64,000 nucleotides of DNA from Lingula anatina (lineage: Eukaryota; Animalia; Brachiopoda), in NCBI GenBank assembly GCA_051362555.1, contig CM120640.1:39906788-39970787 (forward strand), read 5' to 3'. A program made the position numbers and the translations under genes. Under the pieces are notes generated by a model. It saw only the letters and a program-made list of their open reading frames with translations. It did no database searches and had not been told where the DNA came from. Below, piece after piece: positions 13,193 to 27,200 of the stretch (its first letter is position 1; every line of letters starts with the position of its first letter).

Positions 13193-14143
13193 TTACTGTC
13201 CGGAATGGGTGACATTGAGAATGTATTTAGGCGTAGAAGCATACGTAATGGGGGTGTCTCTCTTTGGGGCTTTCAGCGGCGCCTCGATGGTGAGATTACC
13301 ATCCTCTGTCATGTATGCACTAACGGTTAACGGGTCCACATTCTGGGGCAACTCGTACTCCTTATTAAATTCTCTATGGACTGATCGACCGGCGGTCTTC
13401 TCGTCGTGTAGGGCATGTATAATTAGTTTCCTATCGTGAGTTTTTACAACAACTTCGTCGGGTTTATAGTCGCCCACCGGGAACTGGAGGTGCAGCTTTC
13501 GGCTACCGTCGGCGGCGGTGATGATTGGTCCTCTCTGGCTTCCCGACGTGGTCTGGACGGCGCTCGATTCGAGAGGACGTGAGTGAGAGGCCTGAAGGGC
13601 TCCCTGGGACTGTGATGTGATGGCCTGGTAAGAGGGAGCGCTGACTTGAGCCTCGATGATCAGAACTCCGTCTGAGGTGATGGTACCTTTGAGATCGTGT
13701 GGGTCCACATTTGGCGGAACTTCGATCTCCTTGCTGAATTCTTTCGTGACGGTAGAATTTCCACGTTTTTCGACGTGTTTTGCTTGGACGATTACCTTCT
13801 GCTCTTTCGTGATCACTTTAATTTCCTCAGCAGCGAAGTCTTTAACGTCAAACTCCACTTTAAAGAGCGGAGCGCCCGACGGACTAGGTACGACGTGGCG
13901 TTCCTCCTCATATTTCACAGGACCAAGCATTTTATCCATGGGCGCCAGCGTGAAAAAATTGCGACGCATCCGCTCGATGTCTTGCTCCCATTCTGATCTA
14001 CGATGAGACATTCTCTCTTCCATTTGCTCCCAAATGCTTTTCTGACGGTCGGCAAATGTTACTGTGTCTTTCTTAATTGGGATGTAGATCTCAGACCTAT
14101 ACGTTCTCTGGGCCGACTGCTGATTCTGCTGTGGTTGGGCCAT
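13193..14143 (-). CDS. Small heat-shock protein with two alpha-crystallin domains (p40/major egg antigen-like), 316 aa, single coding exon (sHSP-1)
   Basis: ACD1 FKVEFDVKDFAAEEIKV...FSKEIEVPPNVDPHDLKGTITSDGVLIIEA; ACD2 LHLQFPVGDYKPDEVVVK...FNKEYELPQNVDPLTVSAYMTEDGNLTIEAP. Start context ACCATGG. Acceptor tttcag at 14190-14195 gives an exon start at 14189. Confidence 0.93.
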   Translation of the reverse strand: MAQPQQNQQSAQRTYRSEIYIPIKKDTVTFADRQKSIWEQMEERMSHRRSEWEQDIERMRRNFFTLAPMDKMLGPVKYEEERHVVPSPSGAPLFKVEFDVKDFAAEEIKVITKEQKVIVQAKHVEKRGNSTVTKEFSKEIEVPPNVDPHDLKGTITSDGVLIIEAQVSAPSYQAITSQSQGALQASHSRPLESSAVQTTSGSQRGPIITAADGSRKLHLQFPVGDYKPDEVVVKTHDRKLIIHALHDEKTAGRSVHREFNKEYELPQNVDPLTVSAYMTEDGNLTIEAPLKAPKRDTPITYASTPKYILNVTHSGQ

Positions 14144-15296
14144 GGTTGAGTATACAGTCTGCTGTTGGACAGTAGGTTCACCAGAATTTCTGAAATTATG
14201 GAAATTGATTTAGGAATCGTTAAACGCTCTTGTGATTACAGTGATTGTCGGTGTCTGTAGGCGCCAAGAGAGCCCATCTGTTCATGTTTCAGGGGAACTG
14301 AGAATGGATAATGTGGTCAAGAATCCAATGAAACCCTCATCTTATTGCCCACTATTCAACAAAAATTGCAATTTTGATGGACAGTATTTATTCTATCTAA
14401 TTGCCGTCATTGCCAAATATATATTTCTTTATGTACATTCCTTCACAGCGTCTAATATTGAAACAAGCATTAGTCATTTAATGACAAAAAAATCAAATCA
14501 ATCCCCAAGACTTCCACAGAATTCGATTATATGTTCCATTAAGATTATGCAGAAAATTAGTTTTTGCATTTAATCGTTATCGTTCACTGAGTGAAACCTA
14601 ATAGGGGCAAAGCTGAATCGTGCATCGTGCATCATGCATCATGCATAATACTAGTCATCATGCCTAATACCGTATTTGACCAGGACTGCAAGCACATGTA
14701 AAGGAAATATTAGGATCTGACCTTTAAATACAAAGATCAAACCCGCCCATATTGGCTTATGGAATAAAAAAGGCCAGTTACGGTGTTTCTTTTTAGTCCC
14801 TCAAAGGAATGTTAGAAGGTCAAACAGGTAGGTAATAAAAAACGGAATGAAATTGTAATGATTCAAAGAAGTGCGTAAAAAGCTATAAGATAAAACATCA
14901 ACCCCTAATGCGATGTATTGTCTGGAAGTAAACACATAAATCTAGTAGAGATCGTGAGTCACTGGATCAATAACATCGGCCTTTCTCTTCAACACCATAC
15001 TTCACCTTCTGCTTATGAAGCGAATCCGTATCGGCATCGCGGGACTTCGCCACAACCAACTTTAACGCCGCTACACCAGAGAGTGATCAAGCAACCAACT
15101 TTTCTCATTGTGCCAAAATTAATCTATTAATAGCTCATTAACAAGTGGCCGATATTTCGTAGCACAACAGCAAAAATGATGATGATGCCAAGACGAGAAC
15201 GACTATATAAATCCGCATGTTATGATACTCTTATTGCATATTTTTGCAAGAATAGCACAGGGCCTTAACTTCAGTAATGCCTCGACCGGCTCTTAC

Positions 15297-15393
15297 CTTT
15301 TCACCCTGGATGCCTGGGGAATGCTAGCTTTTGGTTCGGGTTCAGCTAGGAAATCGCTGCGGCTGTTTGCCGAATCTCTTTTGAGACTGCAAT
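15297..15393 (-). other. Non-coding first exon of sHSP-1 (intron 14190-15296)
   Basis: Ends in a strong AAAAG|GTAAGA donor, contains no ATG, and starts about 32 nt downstream of a TATAAATA box. The TSS is approximate. Confidence 0.7.
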
Positions 15394-15417
15394 GCACTTT
15401 GAGCTGGAGCCGAGCAA

Positions 15418-15482
15418 TATTTATACGGCTGCCAAGTGTTCTGATATTTCCAGAATCCGATGATGTAGCGGGCTAAAAATAG
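15418..15482 (-). promoter_or_regulatory. sHSP-1 core promoter: TATA box, heat-shock element and MEF2 site
   Basis: TATAAATA on minus at 15425-15418; tGATatTTCcaGAAt (3-unit HSE, one mismatch) at 15442-15456; perfect MEF2 consensus CTAAAAATAG at 15473-15482. A shortened CTAAAATAG lies at 15673-15681. Confidence 0.65.
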
Positions 15483-18400
15483 ATCGCAGCCCGAGTCCAC
15501 ACGAATTCATGGTAATATGTTGATTTATCATGCAGGTATTTTTCGGGTGGAATTTTTGTAGGTACGTCACTTCCGCTACCAAAAGAAGATATGTTAAATA
15601 TGCATTTTACAACGGAGTAAAAATTTTTACTTTTTGTTTTCTCTCTTTCTAGACCACCAAATAAATACAGGGCTAAAATAGTTATGATTATTCAAAAATC
15701 ACCTTTGACGTTGAGAAATCATCTTTAATACCGACACGGTTAGGAATAGTTGATTTTAACTCAAAAAAGCTGTTCAGGAATATATCACAGATTGATAAAT
15801 TAATATTCTTAATTTATGTGCCCTCATGTTAATATAGCGGATGGGTAACATTGTGGTCGGGAATATTCTATTTTACATTTAGGTGAGCTGGTTTCTGGGT
15901 GCTAATAGATTAAATCTGAACATCTTCCATTATTTGGCCTATTGTATTCCTTTTCAGTAGTTTGATGGATTTTTCGGGTGCGTTTTGTGAGCTTTTTCCT
16001 AAATGATAAACGTCACATGTACCATTCATTCATTGAAAACACTGTATCCAAGCAAGATTTTTCAAATCATTTTAACGAATTTCTTTCCAGATAAAAATCC
16101 CAATTGTGCCTTTAGAAAATGTTTATAATTCTAAAATTTCATAACTAATACTAATTCAAAATTTCCATTTAAGGTTTCCTGATGAATCTCATTCATACTT
16201 GTCATAAAATTGCGCAGTTCATTTTTTATTGTGTGAAGGCGTTGTTTGCACATGTATGAGCAATATGTACATTCATGAAGTGCCTGGCCCCACCCACACT
16301 AAGTGGGTAAACAGGTGAATAACTTCTTGTTTACCGCTACGGCTTCTATAAAACAGTGTAAAAGGGTCATCAGCTCAGGTCAAATTCTTTCAAGGCATAG
16401 ATTGCGACTGATTGTCTTCTCTACCGCACTCGGTGCAAAAACTCCTACTATAAGTTCAGATTAGTTATATTTCTCAACAGACTTATTAGTAAGTGTCCCC
16501 TAAATATGACGTGTCAATAAAAATAAACCTTACAGCCATTGTATATCTGGACTAAAATCACCAAATCAAATAAAAGTGAAAAAAATTTACATACCCTACA
16601 TCTGCCAAGCAAACGGCATATTCACTGGGAAGGTCTGATGTGTAGGCCTACAATGTACTTAGTGAGGATTTGCGCCAAATGTACCATTCTAAATATATAA
16701 CTGAATGTTTGTAGTGTGCCACATACATACATCGTTATTATATTTGATTTATTGCTGACTTAAAAACTATTAATTTGTCCTTTCTGTAGGATCAAGAATT
16801 TTGAGCCCTTCTACAGACACTATGAATAGTTTTTGAAATCAGTTTTCTCAGTATTTTTTATTATTTATGTACATGTAGTTCCAACTTATGTCCCAAATTA
16901 CATTGCCCAAAAGGGATACTGATAACATAATTAATATGTAACGCATAATGAAATTTTACACAAAATGTTTGCGTTACTGGCGTGAGCAAAATGTTCACTT
17001 TTTGTCAAATGGACCTTTTAAAAAATAACATAACAGACATTAAATATCTATATTTATTTTGCAACTTAAGTTGATAACAATTTCGAATAATATTGTATGT
17101 ACAGTAATTTTAATTAAAACAACAAAGGGAAGTGATGAAAACGTGTACACATTCACTTCAATTCATTTTGATCAAATCAGCATGGAAGGTAAGAATACGG
17201 AAATGCTTTACCATACATGTAGTTACTCAGTAATTGTCAGTGCAAGGGTTAAACATTTGATTCGCTGTATGTGATTACAGGGTGTAGTGCGTCCACCGTC
17301 TTTATGCAAAAAACACCCAAAAGCCCGAGGCACAAATATATAGAGAGAGGGAAGACCAAGTCTTACTGCTGTATATTGTGGAAATATCTGATTCGTTTTG
17401 AATATCTGGCTACATCCATAACACTGGATGTTAATGTTCTCCGCAATGCATAATGCAGGCCATAAAACATCCAAGCTTACCTGATATTTGCGTTAGTTGA
17501 CACTTATTGCTTGTTTATGGAACATATGAAAAATAACGGCTATATTCATAATAAGTATACATGTAGCAAGGCGGGAATATTTGAACAGTGAGAAATGAGG
17601 CAAATGACGATTAATTAAATAAAATAACCGTATTTTTTTTCACAAAGCCAAGTAAATAGGTCAAATAAAGTTTGATTTTACAGTGAACATGGATTGTCCC
17701 CTTCCAGTTTATCCGCGGTGAATACATTCAAACTAAAATTTACCTTAAATTATTTCAATATATAGTTGTGTTGGGCTAGAGTCAATTAAAGTAGTCTTGA
17801 AATTTCTTCGTTTTCAAATTGACTCCTCCTTTCTACCTGTGACTCATGATGATTCCAGAAAGCACGAAGATTTCCGGTGCTCATCTTTTCTCTAAAAAGG
17901 CTACGTATAACATAAAGTGAAATTAGGTTGCGTTCACACAGACCTACTTTTGACCGAACATCAGCCAAACTGGCGTCATCAGATGAATGTGTTCAGACTG
18001 CACAAAATATATATCTCAAAGAGCCCACGCATCTTTACCTTTCTTTTCTCTACGTCAAAATGATATATAAACCTTGCAATGCTACTAGACCCCCGCCTGA
18101 GAGGTTTTGCAGTGTCATTACTTCCTCACATGTATATTTGCGTGAACATAGCAGTTTTGTCAATGTATGTCCTTGCATCAGTATGCGTTTTGCACAGCAC
18201 ATGGCGTCTCACCATTACTCATAACTTATGAAACTGGTTTAAGCCGGTTGTCCTAAAAGAATATCTTACATTGACAAACAGACAGGATCTCAATAATTTA
18301 AATAACATTAAGAAACCGCAAAAGACACTTATCTGAATAGTAGAAACAGAAAGACTTTGCTTCATTCATTTAACTGTAGAGATCCTATTAAGGCATACAG

Positions 18401-18802
18401 CATAATCACTCTTCCCAATATAGTTATCGCTTGCGCTTCTTTAGTAGTGCATGTATCTATACAATATATAACCCTATTTAACATAAACACACAGAACTGT
18501 GTTTGGGTATACAATAGAACGATTACCAATACGGAAGAACTTAAACCCAGTCACATGTACGCAGTATTACCCTTAAAATTACAATGATTTTGATTCCCTA
18601 GTCGATTGATGACATTTAAATGCCAGTGGTACGATTACGAACACTGTCCGCCTGTATTTAAGTGCTTATTACAGCAAGAACGCGGAAATAGCAACCTTGC
18701 TAATTACAAAAACCCGTTATCATATATTATCAAGGCTTTTTATGTACACTCTGGGATACGTACAAGTTAATACTTATGGTGAATCATGACCTTAGGTTTT
18801 TA

Positions 18803-19927
18803 TTAATTCGACAACTTTAGGGGCGCCTCAATGATCAGTTTGCCGTCTTTGGTGACATGTGCATTGACACTAAAGGGATCGACATTCTCTGGCAACTCAA
18901 ACTCCTTATTGAAGACCCTCTTTTCTGTGCCACCGCTAATATTCTCCTCTCGCTCTGCATTCACGACGACTTTACGATTAATTGTTTTCACTTTTATGTT
19001 TTCCGGAGGGTAGTCTGGGAGGTAAAGTTCTTGACGTATTTTACGAACATGGGAATCGGGATCGCTGACGATGGGCCAGTTGCTTGTGAAAGAAGCTTCA
19101 CGGTGGTGGTTGTAGTCTGGGGGTGTTGCTGGAGCCTCCAGAACGAGCGTCCCGTCTGGCCCGAGAGACGCCTCAACCTTTTGCGCCTGTACGGAATCTG
19201 GTAACACCACGCTCCGGCTGTACTTTCTGGTAACTGTAGAATTTCCTTCTTGGATATTTTGCTTCACCTCAACGGTTACATTTTGACCATTGGTGGAGAG
19301 ATAAAGTTCTTCCGGTTTGATGTTGGATCCCATGAACATTTTAACTGTATATTTTGGGTTGCCATCTTTATCGGCCACGAACGCCACTTTGACATCGTCT
19401 TTAGGGGAATTGGACTCCATGTTCCTGAAATAATCTCCGTGAATATCTGCGGCATGCCTCGTCGGAGGCATATTGATGGTACGCTCTACTACTCTGTCCG
19501 GTCCCGGCGGACTGTGCATGTGATTGAAATCTCTGTCTCTGTCTCTGAAAAACTCACGTTGCATGCGCTCCATTTCTCGCTCCCAATCTGACGCCATTGG
19601 GTTTGGTGAGGCGCGGCGATGAAAGTCGTCAAATATTCGTCCCGATTTGTGAGGAAAATCGAAGAAAGGATCGGCTGGGACTTGAAATCCAGGCTCTGTC
19701 ATCATACGGTGGGCCAAGCGAGGTGAATGTCTTGGGCTAATTCCCTCACGGTGAATGTTTATGGGGCGACCTCTCGTTGGTTCATCATATCCTGAATCTG
19801 TATCAGTTTGGATAGTGACGCGTTTCTTACCCGGAGAAGTTGGATCATCAATAGTTGCCGATTTCCTAAGACGTTCCAAAGTTGGAGTGCCTCGATAATC
19901 TTGTTCCACGTTAATTCTTGTTGACAT
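18803..19927 (-). CDS. Second double-alpha-crystallin-domain small heat-shock protein, 374 aa, single coding exon (sHSP-2)
   Basis: ACD1 YTVKMFMGSNIKPEELYLS...YSRSVVLPDSVQAQKVEASLGPDGTLVLEAP; ACD2 LYLPDYPPENIKVK...FNKEFELPENVDPFSVNAHVTKDGKLIIEAPLK. Long N-terminus rich in SP and R. Acceptor ttgcag gives an exon start at 19991. Confidence 0.93.
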   Translation of the reverse strand: MSTRINVEQDYRGTPTLERLRKSATIDDPTSPGKKRVTIQTDTDSGYDEPTRGRPINIHREGISPRHSPRLAHRMMTEPGFQVPADPFFDFPHKSGRIFDDFHRRASPNPMASDWEREMERMQREFFRDRDRDFNHMHSPPGPDRVVERTINMPPTRHAADIHGDYFRNMESNSPKDDVKVAFVADKDGNPKYTVKMFMGSNIKPEELYLSTNGQNVTVEVKQNIQEGNSTVTRKYSRSVVLPDSVQAQKVEASLGPDGTLVLEAPATPPDYNHHREASFTSNWPIVSDPDSHVRKIRQELYLPDYPPENIKVKTINRKVVVNAEREENISGGTEKRVFNKEFELPENVDPFSVNAHVTKDGKLIIEAPLKLSN

Positions 19928-21132
19928 GGCAACGGCTGTTAGCTAGTGCTTTCCCTTTCCAGGAAATCTGTTTCTTGTTGAACGTAGTCACCTGCAATGC
20001 AAGAGAAAACACGTCATTCTTTTATTAAAATATCTTAAATATATCTGTGCGACTTTATATACCAAAGAATGTATATTGTGAGTCGCCGGCAAAATCCCCC
20101 CAAAGCTGATGGTTAAGAAAAAACATTAATTCGTATCCAGACCTAACGCTGTGTTCTTTTTTTTTTCTGTGAGTAAGATAAAAACCATCAGCAAGACTTG
20201 CACGTACTAACCATCATGCTGAATTGCCTATTCATCAAACGCGTTTATGGGGTGCAATCCAACTAGTCAAAATGCGAGTCTAGATAGAGCTACGCCCGTT
20301 TAAATAGTGACAGTCAGAAATAAATGCACCAATCAAATTTTAAAACGGAACATTGTTAACTGAACACTCATGGCCTGAATGCGTGATGAAATAAAATTAA
20401 GTTCTGTGATATTTTTCAGGTGAATCCCATTAATTTTCTTTTCTCCCGTGTATCTGGTTTGCCTCATGCATGCGGAGAATGTAATCCGTCTAACAAATCA
20501 ACCTTGAAGCTACGGGAATTCTCTCTCTAGGATTTCAGCTGTTTCTTTAAGGTGGCAGGAGATAGCGAGGGTGGGGATGGGGAGGGTGGAGACTCCAAGA
20601 CTGTCCATAAACTCAGGGTGACTTGAAGGGTTGTTTATCTCTTCCACGGAAATGAAACCAAATCAGGTTTATAAAAAACACGCCAGCACGTTTTGTATAG
20701 GTTTGGTAATGGTAAAAACTTTCACGTAAGGATTGGCTTAGGATGTGCCTAAGACACTTAATTTACTTTGGTATGTAGCCTCAACATTAAATAACCTCTT
20801 AAGCGTTAAAACATGTTTCTGAACTAGGTATCTATGCAGAGCATCTGCCAGAAGGTGAAAGACTGTCTAATCAGCAACGTTTCGTTTTACGTATTCTGGA
20901 TGCTTTTTTCGCCTGGATGTTTCTTAAAACTTATAGGCTGACTGCACAGCTGTTATCTGAGGGATATATCAATTAGCTGCTTGACAACCATATTATTTAA
21001 TATTGCACGTATGGTGCGCTCCGCATGTATGCGTGACTGCATGTGTGCTGGTGTGTGTGTGTGCGTGCGTGCGCTCGCGCGTGCGCGTGCCTGTTTTCGT
21101 TAGAGCTTGCCTGTGTATGTTTATATATGCCG

Positions 21133-21133
<1 letters not shown>

Positions 21134-21168
<35 letters not shown>

Positions 21169-21206
21169 GAGAGAGAAAGAGAAGAAAGAAAGAGAGAGAG
21201 ACAGAG
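21134..21206. repeat. (TG)n microsatellite followed by a GA-rich tract
   Basis: About 15 TG units at 21134-21164, then GAGAGAAAGA-type sequence. A TG/CG-mixed tract lies just upstream at 21043-21090. Confidence 0.9.
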
Positions 21207-24200
21207 AATCAAAGCTCACCTTTACAAGTGCAGAGGAGGAAGCAGTATGAGCTATTGTACGTGATGCACAATCTTATTTCAACACTCCTAATTCTTCACA
21301 GCACACACACAGCATCGTACCTGTTCAAATGTACATTAGTGGGAACAGTGCCCAAATTACGCTGTAAATGGGCCAAAAACGCACTAAATTAACAGCCTTT
21401 TACCGCATCAAGTGTCACAGGGGTGGACAAGACAGCAAACCTTATTTAGATTCGCTGAAGTTAACCATCAAAGTAAAGCACTTTTAGTTCCCGTCATAAA
21501 TAATCCAATTCCTAATTAAAATTGAAAACTGGGTGTTCAAATGGACTATTTATCTTACAGTAAGCATTATGGAGTCAAGGCGTGCTGGAATGCAATTAAC
21601 CCATTTTCATAATTATGATTTGTATTTCTTCCTTCGTCTTATAACTAGAATGGAAATTTATGTTTATTTCGAAATCATGGCCAGGACATAAAAGGTAATA
21701 GGCCTTTTGAACAGGCATCTCTTTTATGTGCCCCTGAATCACGACGTGAGACGAATTAAGGCTAAACATCCGAAAATACGTTCGCCGGTAATATGGCTTT
21801 AAAAAGGGTCTAAGGATGTTGCAGTGATTAAATCTAATATACGAGCGTGACCGATTCTACAAAAAAATAAATAAAGATGGTTTAAAAAGCAAGTAATTTA
21901 AATATCGCAATTCTTGAAAAGCAAGAAGATTTTCATTTATCCACCCATTGTGTAAATACATTCATGATCTAATGGTTTGGGAAATAAACGATAAAAGGGC
22001 GTCCATAAGCAACTAGCCCGTCCTTTATCTGTTTCTTGTGGTGGGTAGACAACCTTTATCATCTTAAGTCTTAATCTTGAAAATGAATTGCTTTGAACTA
22101 CCATTCATCAAATAAGCTAAAGATTCCTGTAAAGAAAAACTATTACTACTCATACACTTTGCTCCTTTTTCACTTTCACTTCAAAACCAAACTACTTATT
22201 AATTAAAAAAAGACGCCATCTGAACGTCTTGGCTGTCAACACTCCAGGCCATGGGCGTTCTCTGGTTCCAAAAGTCCAAGATTGAGCCCTTTTTTTCTGT
22301 CCGCGTCTTTTGATACGCCCCTACTTAAAATTAATGCCCATGGGCACTAACATAGAACACCGTTTACTGGCACGTTTGATGTCAACGGTATGAGGAAGCT
22401 GTCCTAAGATATACTTGTACATAATGTACATTGAGGCATGCTTGTAAATATGGACATCTGAAAGCTTGAAAAATGCATAATGTTATAATTGTTTAAAAAT
22501 AGCCGTAAAAGTTATAAATTCTTCATGACATTTTTCTATTATTGCCTAGGGGGACTTATGATATGATTTCGTGCGCAGTTGCATTTTTTTCTTTGGATTA
22601 TTTGGGTAAACCACTGAAACATCAGTGTGATATATCGTCTTCACTGTGATCATTATGGGGTTCATCTATCTTTTATTTAGTCAAATTCTTGTCGTCTGTC
22701 AAAAAAAACCCTTTCGGCTGTCACACGAGCGGTAGATTGATCCATATTCCACAAGCGCTTTCTAAGAAGAAGGTTGACAAAAGGGGTTTTCTCTAAGGAA
22801 ATGCCTCGATTGGCGCAAATTCCACGTACACCGAATGATAACATTTATTTTTCTTAGAAACCATATTTTCCAGGCATGTTTCTTTCGCTGATAACAAAAA
22901 GCAGTCGTATTTTCCGACTGAGAATCTCTATATTGATCTTACCAGCTTTATAACAAAACGATTTTGCTGTGAAAAAAGAATGAAAGAATGGACAGAAACA
23001 TTTTGTTATACGTTTTCGAACCTCAACTGGAGTGCCATGGCCACTACTACTTTGCAATTTCCTTGGTTTACTGCCAACAATTAAATTCCTGTACACCACC
23101 GAAGGTATGGCCGATGTCATGCCATTTCAACCAATTATTAAAAAAAGTTTTAAACATCCTCAGGGGAAATTGGCAAGGCAATTCACAAGCACTCAAGCTC
23201 CAGCCTGCCCTCCCCTTAGTGAAGGATAAAAACGGCCCCAGTTCTCAAGGGTGGTTCTACTCCTCCGTAGTGACTAGGTTATTGGCAAAATAGAAATCTA
23301 TGGTGCCTGTTGAGAATGACCCATTGACCTTTACCTCAGGTACAACATGGACAGTTAATAATCTTGACTTCACTGACCGTGCACTGAATATGGATCCCGT
23401 CCACTGGCTGCGTGACAAAAATGTGCGGTACCACGAGGAAATAAGACATTTTGGTCAACGAATTAGGCCTATGTTATGTCTTCCTAAAATTTGATTTATT
23501 TTAATCTAAAAACGCACAAAAACACACAATGTGATTAAAATAAGTCTAGTACAACACTATGGTAATACTTGAGTAATCTGTAAACGGTATGGTGCCAGGC
23601 ATGATATACTATATATATACTACTAGTAATATATAAGATTTGGGGAATATTGCACAGCGTGTATAGTAATGCACTACGAACACATGCAGCAAAGTTAAAG
23701 CTAACAAATTAGTTTAGTTACTCAATCGTGCGCCGGAGCTATATTACCTTCCTGTAGTTAGACAGGTAATGCGTGCTTCTTACTTGCCACGGTTGGAACT
23801 GCACGGGGCGTACATTTTGTTCTTGATATTTTTTAGTGTAAATAGAAAACGTGGTGCAGCATTGTAAAGCTTAAGCAAAAGCTCTGGAAACACAGTCTAT
23901 TTTTAATAAATCTTAATCTTAATGTATTTTTAATTTCTTCAGCGTGCCAAATGTTTTATTTCATCTTAACACTTTCAATTAACAAATTTATTTGTCTCAT
24001 TCTCATTTAGTGAATGTAACATTTTATATCATTGCACAACTTAGTTGCAAATAAACATTGTTGTTATTATCTTCAGAACTACTGGTCTGGGAAATGCCGG
24101 GGAAAGACCTGACCTAACAGACTAAGGATGAAGAAACTTACATGTATGTTGAAATTACAGGGCTTTCATTTCACAACGGAGTTGAGCGATGTAAATGTGC

Positions 24201-27200
24201 ATGTGTAGTTTTACATGAAAAATTCACCTGTATAATCTACCCAAATGGTCTTTTCAAGCACCCTTGTCATCATGTTTCAAGATAAAATGTGTATTTAAAG
24301 TTGCTCACGTAAATTTAGATTTCATGTCATTGTAATAGCTATATGAATGCTTTCACGGAATATAAAAATGTTTGAGGGTTTTTGTTTGTTATGTGGGGCT
24401 CGTTAGAACACCTGTTTTACAAGTGAGATAAGAGAAATCTCTACTTAGTGTGACCTAAATACATTCTATACAGAAAACCATTATTTTGGGATGGTCACAG
24501 AATGCAAGTATTCCTAACATTAATCGTCATATAAAAAGCAAGGTCGAATGCCGCGTTCACACTGTGCTCAGATCGGCCGATCTGAATGCCGCAGTTCAAG
24601 TAATCAAGACGGTGACCCTTATTTTTTCGAATACTTTCAGTACATTATTACGGGGTCAAGGGGGGTCAAGGGGCGTTTTATATTATCGAATATTGGTTTT
24701 TTTATTATAATTTTCAATCTGGAGCATATGTAAACCAGTTCCATTGCTTTAACATTGGTGGGAATGCGCCCAGTTATGATATATTTATTTTCCCACTTTT
24801 TCTGCCTACTGGTATCAGACTTTCTTCAGATAAACATCAGGCGGGGACATGTGAACACCTTTTTGGTGTAATTTATCTCAGGGGTTGATCATGTTGACAA
24901 TCGCCTTGTTATGTTATTGTAAAGTTAAATTCCTGCGTTGAATTAAGAAGACGAGTATCACTTGACATTGGCATTGAGTATTTCTCAGGTATATTGCACG
25001 TATATATACATTTACAGTATATTTATTCTAGTGGGAAAAAACTAGGAACAGTTATTTTATTGAACGTCTCGACATCAGCAGTATCCGGGAAAGTGGAAGA
25101 GGTGCTTCTGTTTTGTAACACATGAATGACATTTTATTGTTGAGATACATCACAAATGTATTACAGTTGTTACTAAATGATCCGTATATACGCTCGGGGC
25201 CTTAACTCTCAAACAAAAAAGATCACAACTTTAAAGAAAAAAATCCGAGAAAATGATCATGTCAAATGCGTCATAAAAGAAGACAACTATTGTGACGTAA
25301 ACCCGTTTTTAGAAACACGCCTTTTCTCTTTTTGGCAAGTAAATGACCCAAATCATAGCAGCTCGTTAAGGCAGCATTTACTCGTTAGAGTGTTCGGTTT
25401 TCCCACGATGTGTGCACCTTTAATTTTTATTAGTTGATTTTTTGCACATATCCTCAATGCACGAATCGCAACGCTCCACCTTTTTGATAGAGAAAATTAT
25501 CTATAAATGTTAGAATTTTCTATCTGCCCTACCGTTCATGACCGGACATTCTTCAAACCTGGCTGCATTAATACTATAAGGAACAACGTGAGGTTGAACA
25601 TCTATTGTAATAAAGGTCTGGGACCACTGTCGCAATGCAGAGACTGTTCTCTTCATTTCTCTCTGCCTGCTATACTGCATTTCATAATGGAGCCCCGTGA
25701 GTGCATTTTTCTCCGGGGTCAGGATAGGGATTGTTTGGGGGGGGGGGGGGGGGTACCAAGAACAGTTGGAACAAACTAGCACAGTATTATTCATATAATT
25801 ATTGGAATGTGGACAAATACAGGTACGGCGAATGACAGTGACGGTAACCACCCCACCCCCACCCCCTTGGACTTTATTATCTCTGGGCTTTAATGAAAAA
25901 AAAGTTATGTGAGTAGAGGACTAATGTTGATGCAACATTCTTGTGGTTCTTCATTTAAAATTAAGATATTTACTGGGTAGCCGCAAAAATAGTCTTTTGC
26001 CCACACAGCATTTGACTTGGGTTACTTCTCTCCGCCCCAGCAGAAAGTATATCATTCCCCACGCACAATCTGAGGTCGTATCATTCAATAGGGGTTTTGT
26101 CGTCTCAAAAAATACCATTACAGAGGATTTACTGTCAGTGAAGTAATGGTTAACTGTGAAACAAAAGAAAGGTAAAAAGAAAATGAAGAAAAAAATGCTC
26201 CACGTGAAACGAACGCTAGAAATGCCAGTACCTTAACAAACACTATAACTTAGTAGGTGATGCAAGCAATTACCGGTATCAAATGTAAATCGAAAGCAAT
26301 GCCAAATAATTACCTCCTGTGGAATATGCTTAAGAAATGTCGACAGACTTTAAAGGTCAATTTTCAATATTTGGACTCGTATGTGGGGTATATCGCTACG
26401 ATGGTATATAAATACACGGAGGTTTCGGAACTCCGTCTGTATTCTGTTCTACACGCAGACACATTCAGTGCCTTGGTGTAGGAAAACTTATATCAATCAG
26501 GTTTTATCAAGAACACGCGTATTAACAAGGGCCCATGTCTGAAATCTTCATCAAAACTAATGTACTTCAGACCACTAAGCTATCTACTATGTACCATTGG
26601 CTGGTCATTTAATTAAAATACATATAGATGTGCCTCTAGGTCCTTTAGCATGTCTTTTTTATGCGATGTCATCGGTGAGGATTGGCAATTTTATTGTCAT
26701 TCAAACCTTTAAACCCAAGTGTTTTATTTAATAGAGAGTTTTATTAGAATAAGCTGATGTCAATGTGTACCATTATCCTGAAGTTGTTGACAAACCACTT
26801 TCGATTTTCAAAACAAATGGATTTTGTTTGCAATAGAAGCTGCCAGTTATTTGTTAACGTTTTCTTTTGAATTGAGTCTGTTGAGTTAATGGATAGAGTA
26901 GTTCATTTAGTAAATTTTGTCGAAATAAAAATGTCAGGTTAAACCGAAATCGATCTTTTTAGTTTGCAAAAGTTATATATCGTAGTCCGTTTCAAACAAT
27001 GAATTTCAGTAAAGCGACACAGTTTGAACAAACAGCTCGGGGTATTCTATTTTCGTGAAACATCTGATAAAAGTTTTTAAAAAATAACTTCTTCCACCAG
27101 GCCAAGATTTAATAACCAAGGTCTGAATAAGTCGGCGATTGGTGTAATATAACATTGATGCACCACTGAATTAGTGTAAAGAGATCTATACTATCTACAT

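Noticed and set aside
13209-14006. Plus-strand ORFs overlapping sHSP-1 (and similar ones at 18831-19591 over sHSP-2)
   Set aside because: Antisense shadows of real coding sequence with no domain-like content.
20997-21392. Cys/Val- or His/Thr-repeat ORFs
   Set aside because: Produced by TG and GA microsatellites.
25736-25753. Poly-G/poly-C runs (also ~2910, ~57012, ~58018) as functional G-quadruplexes
   Set aside because: Simple homopolymers scattered through introns and intergenic DNA, with no positional evidence of function.
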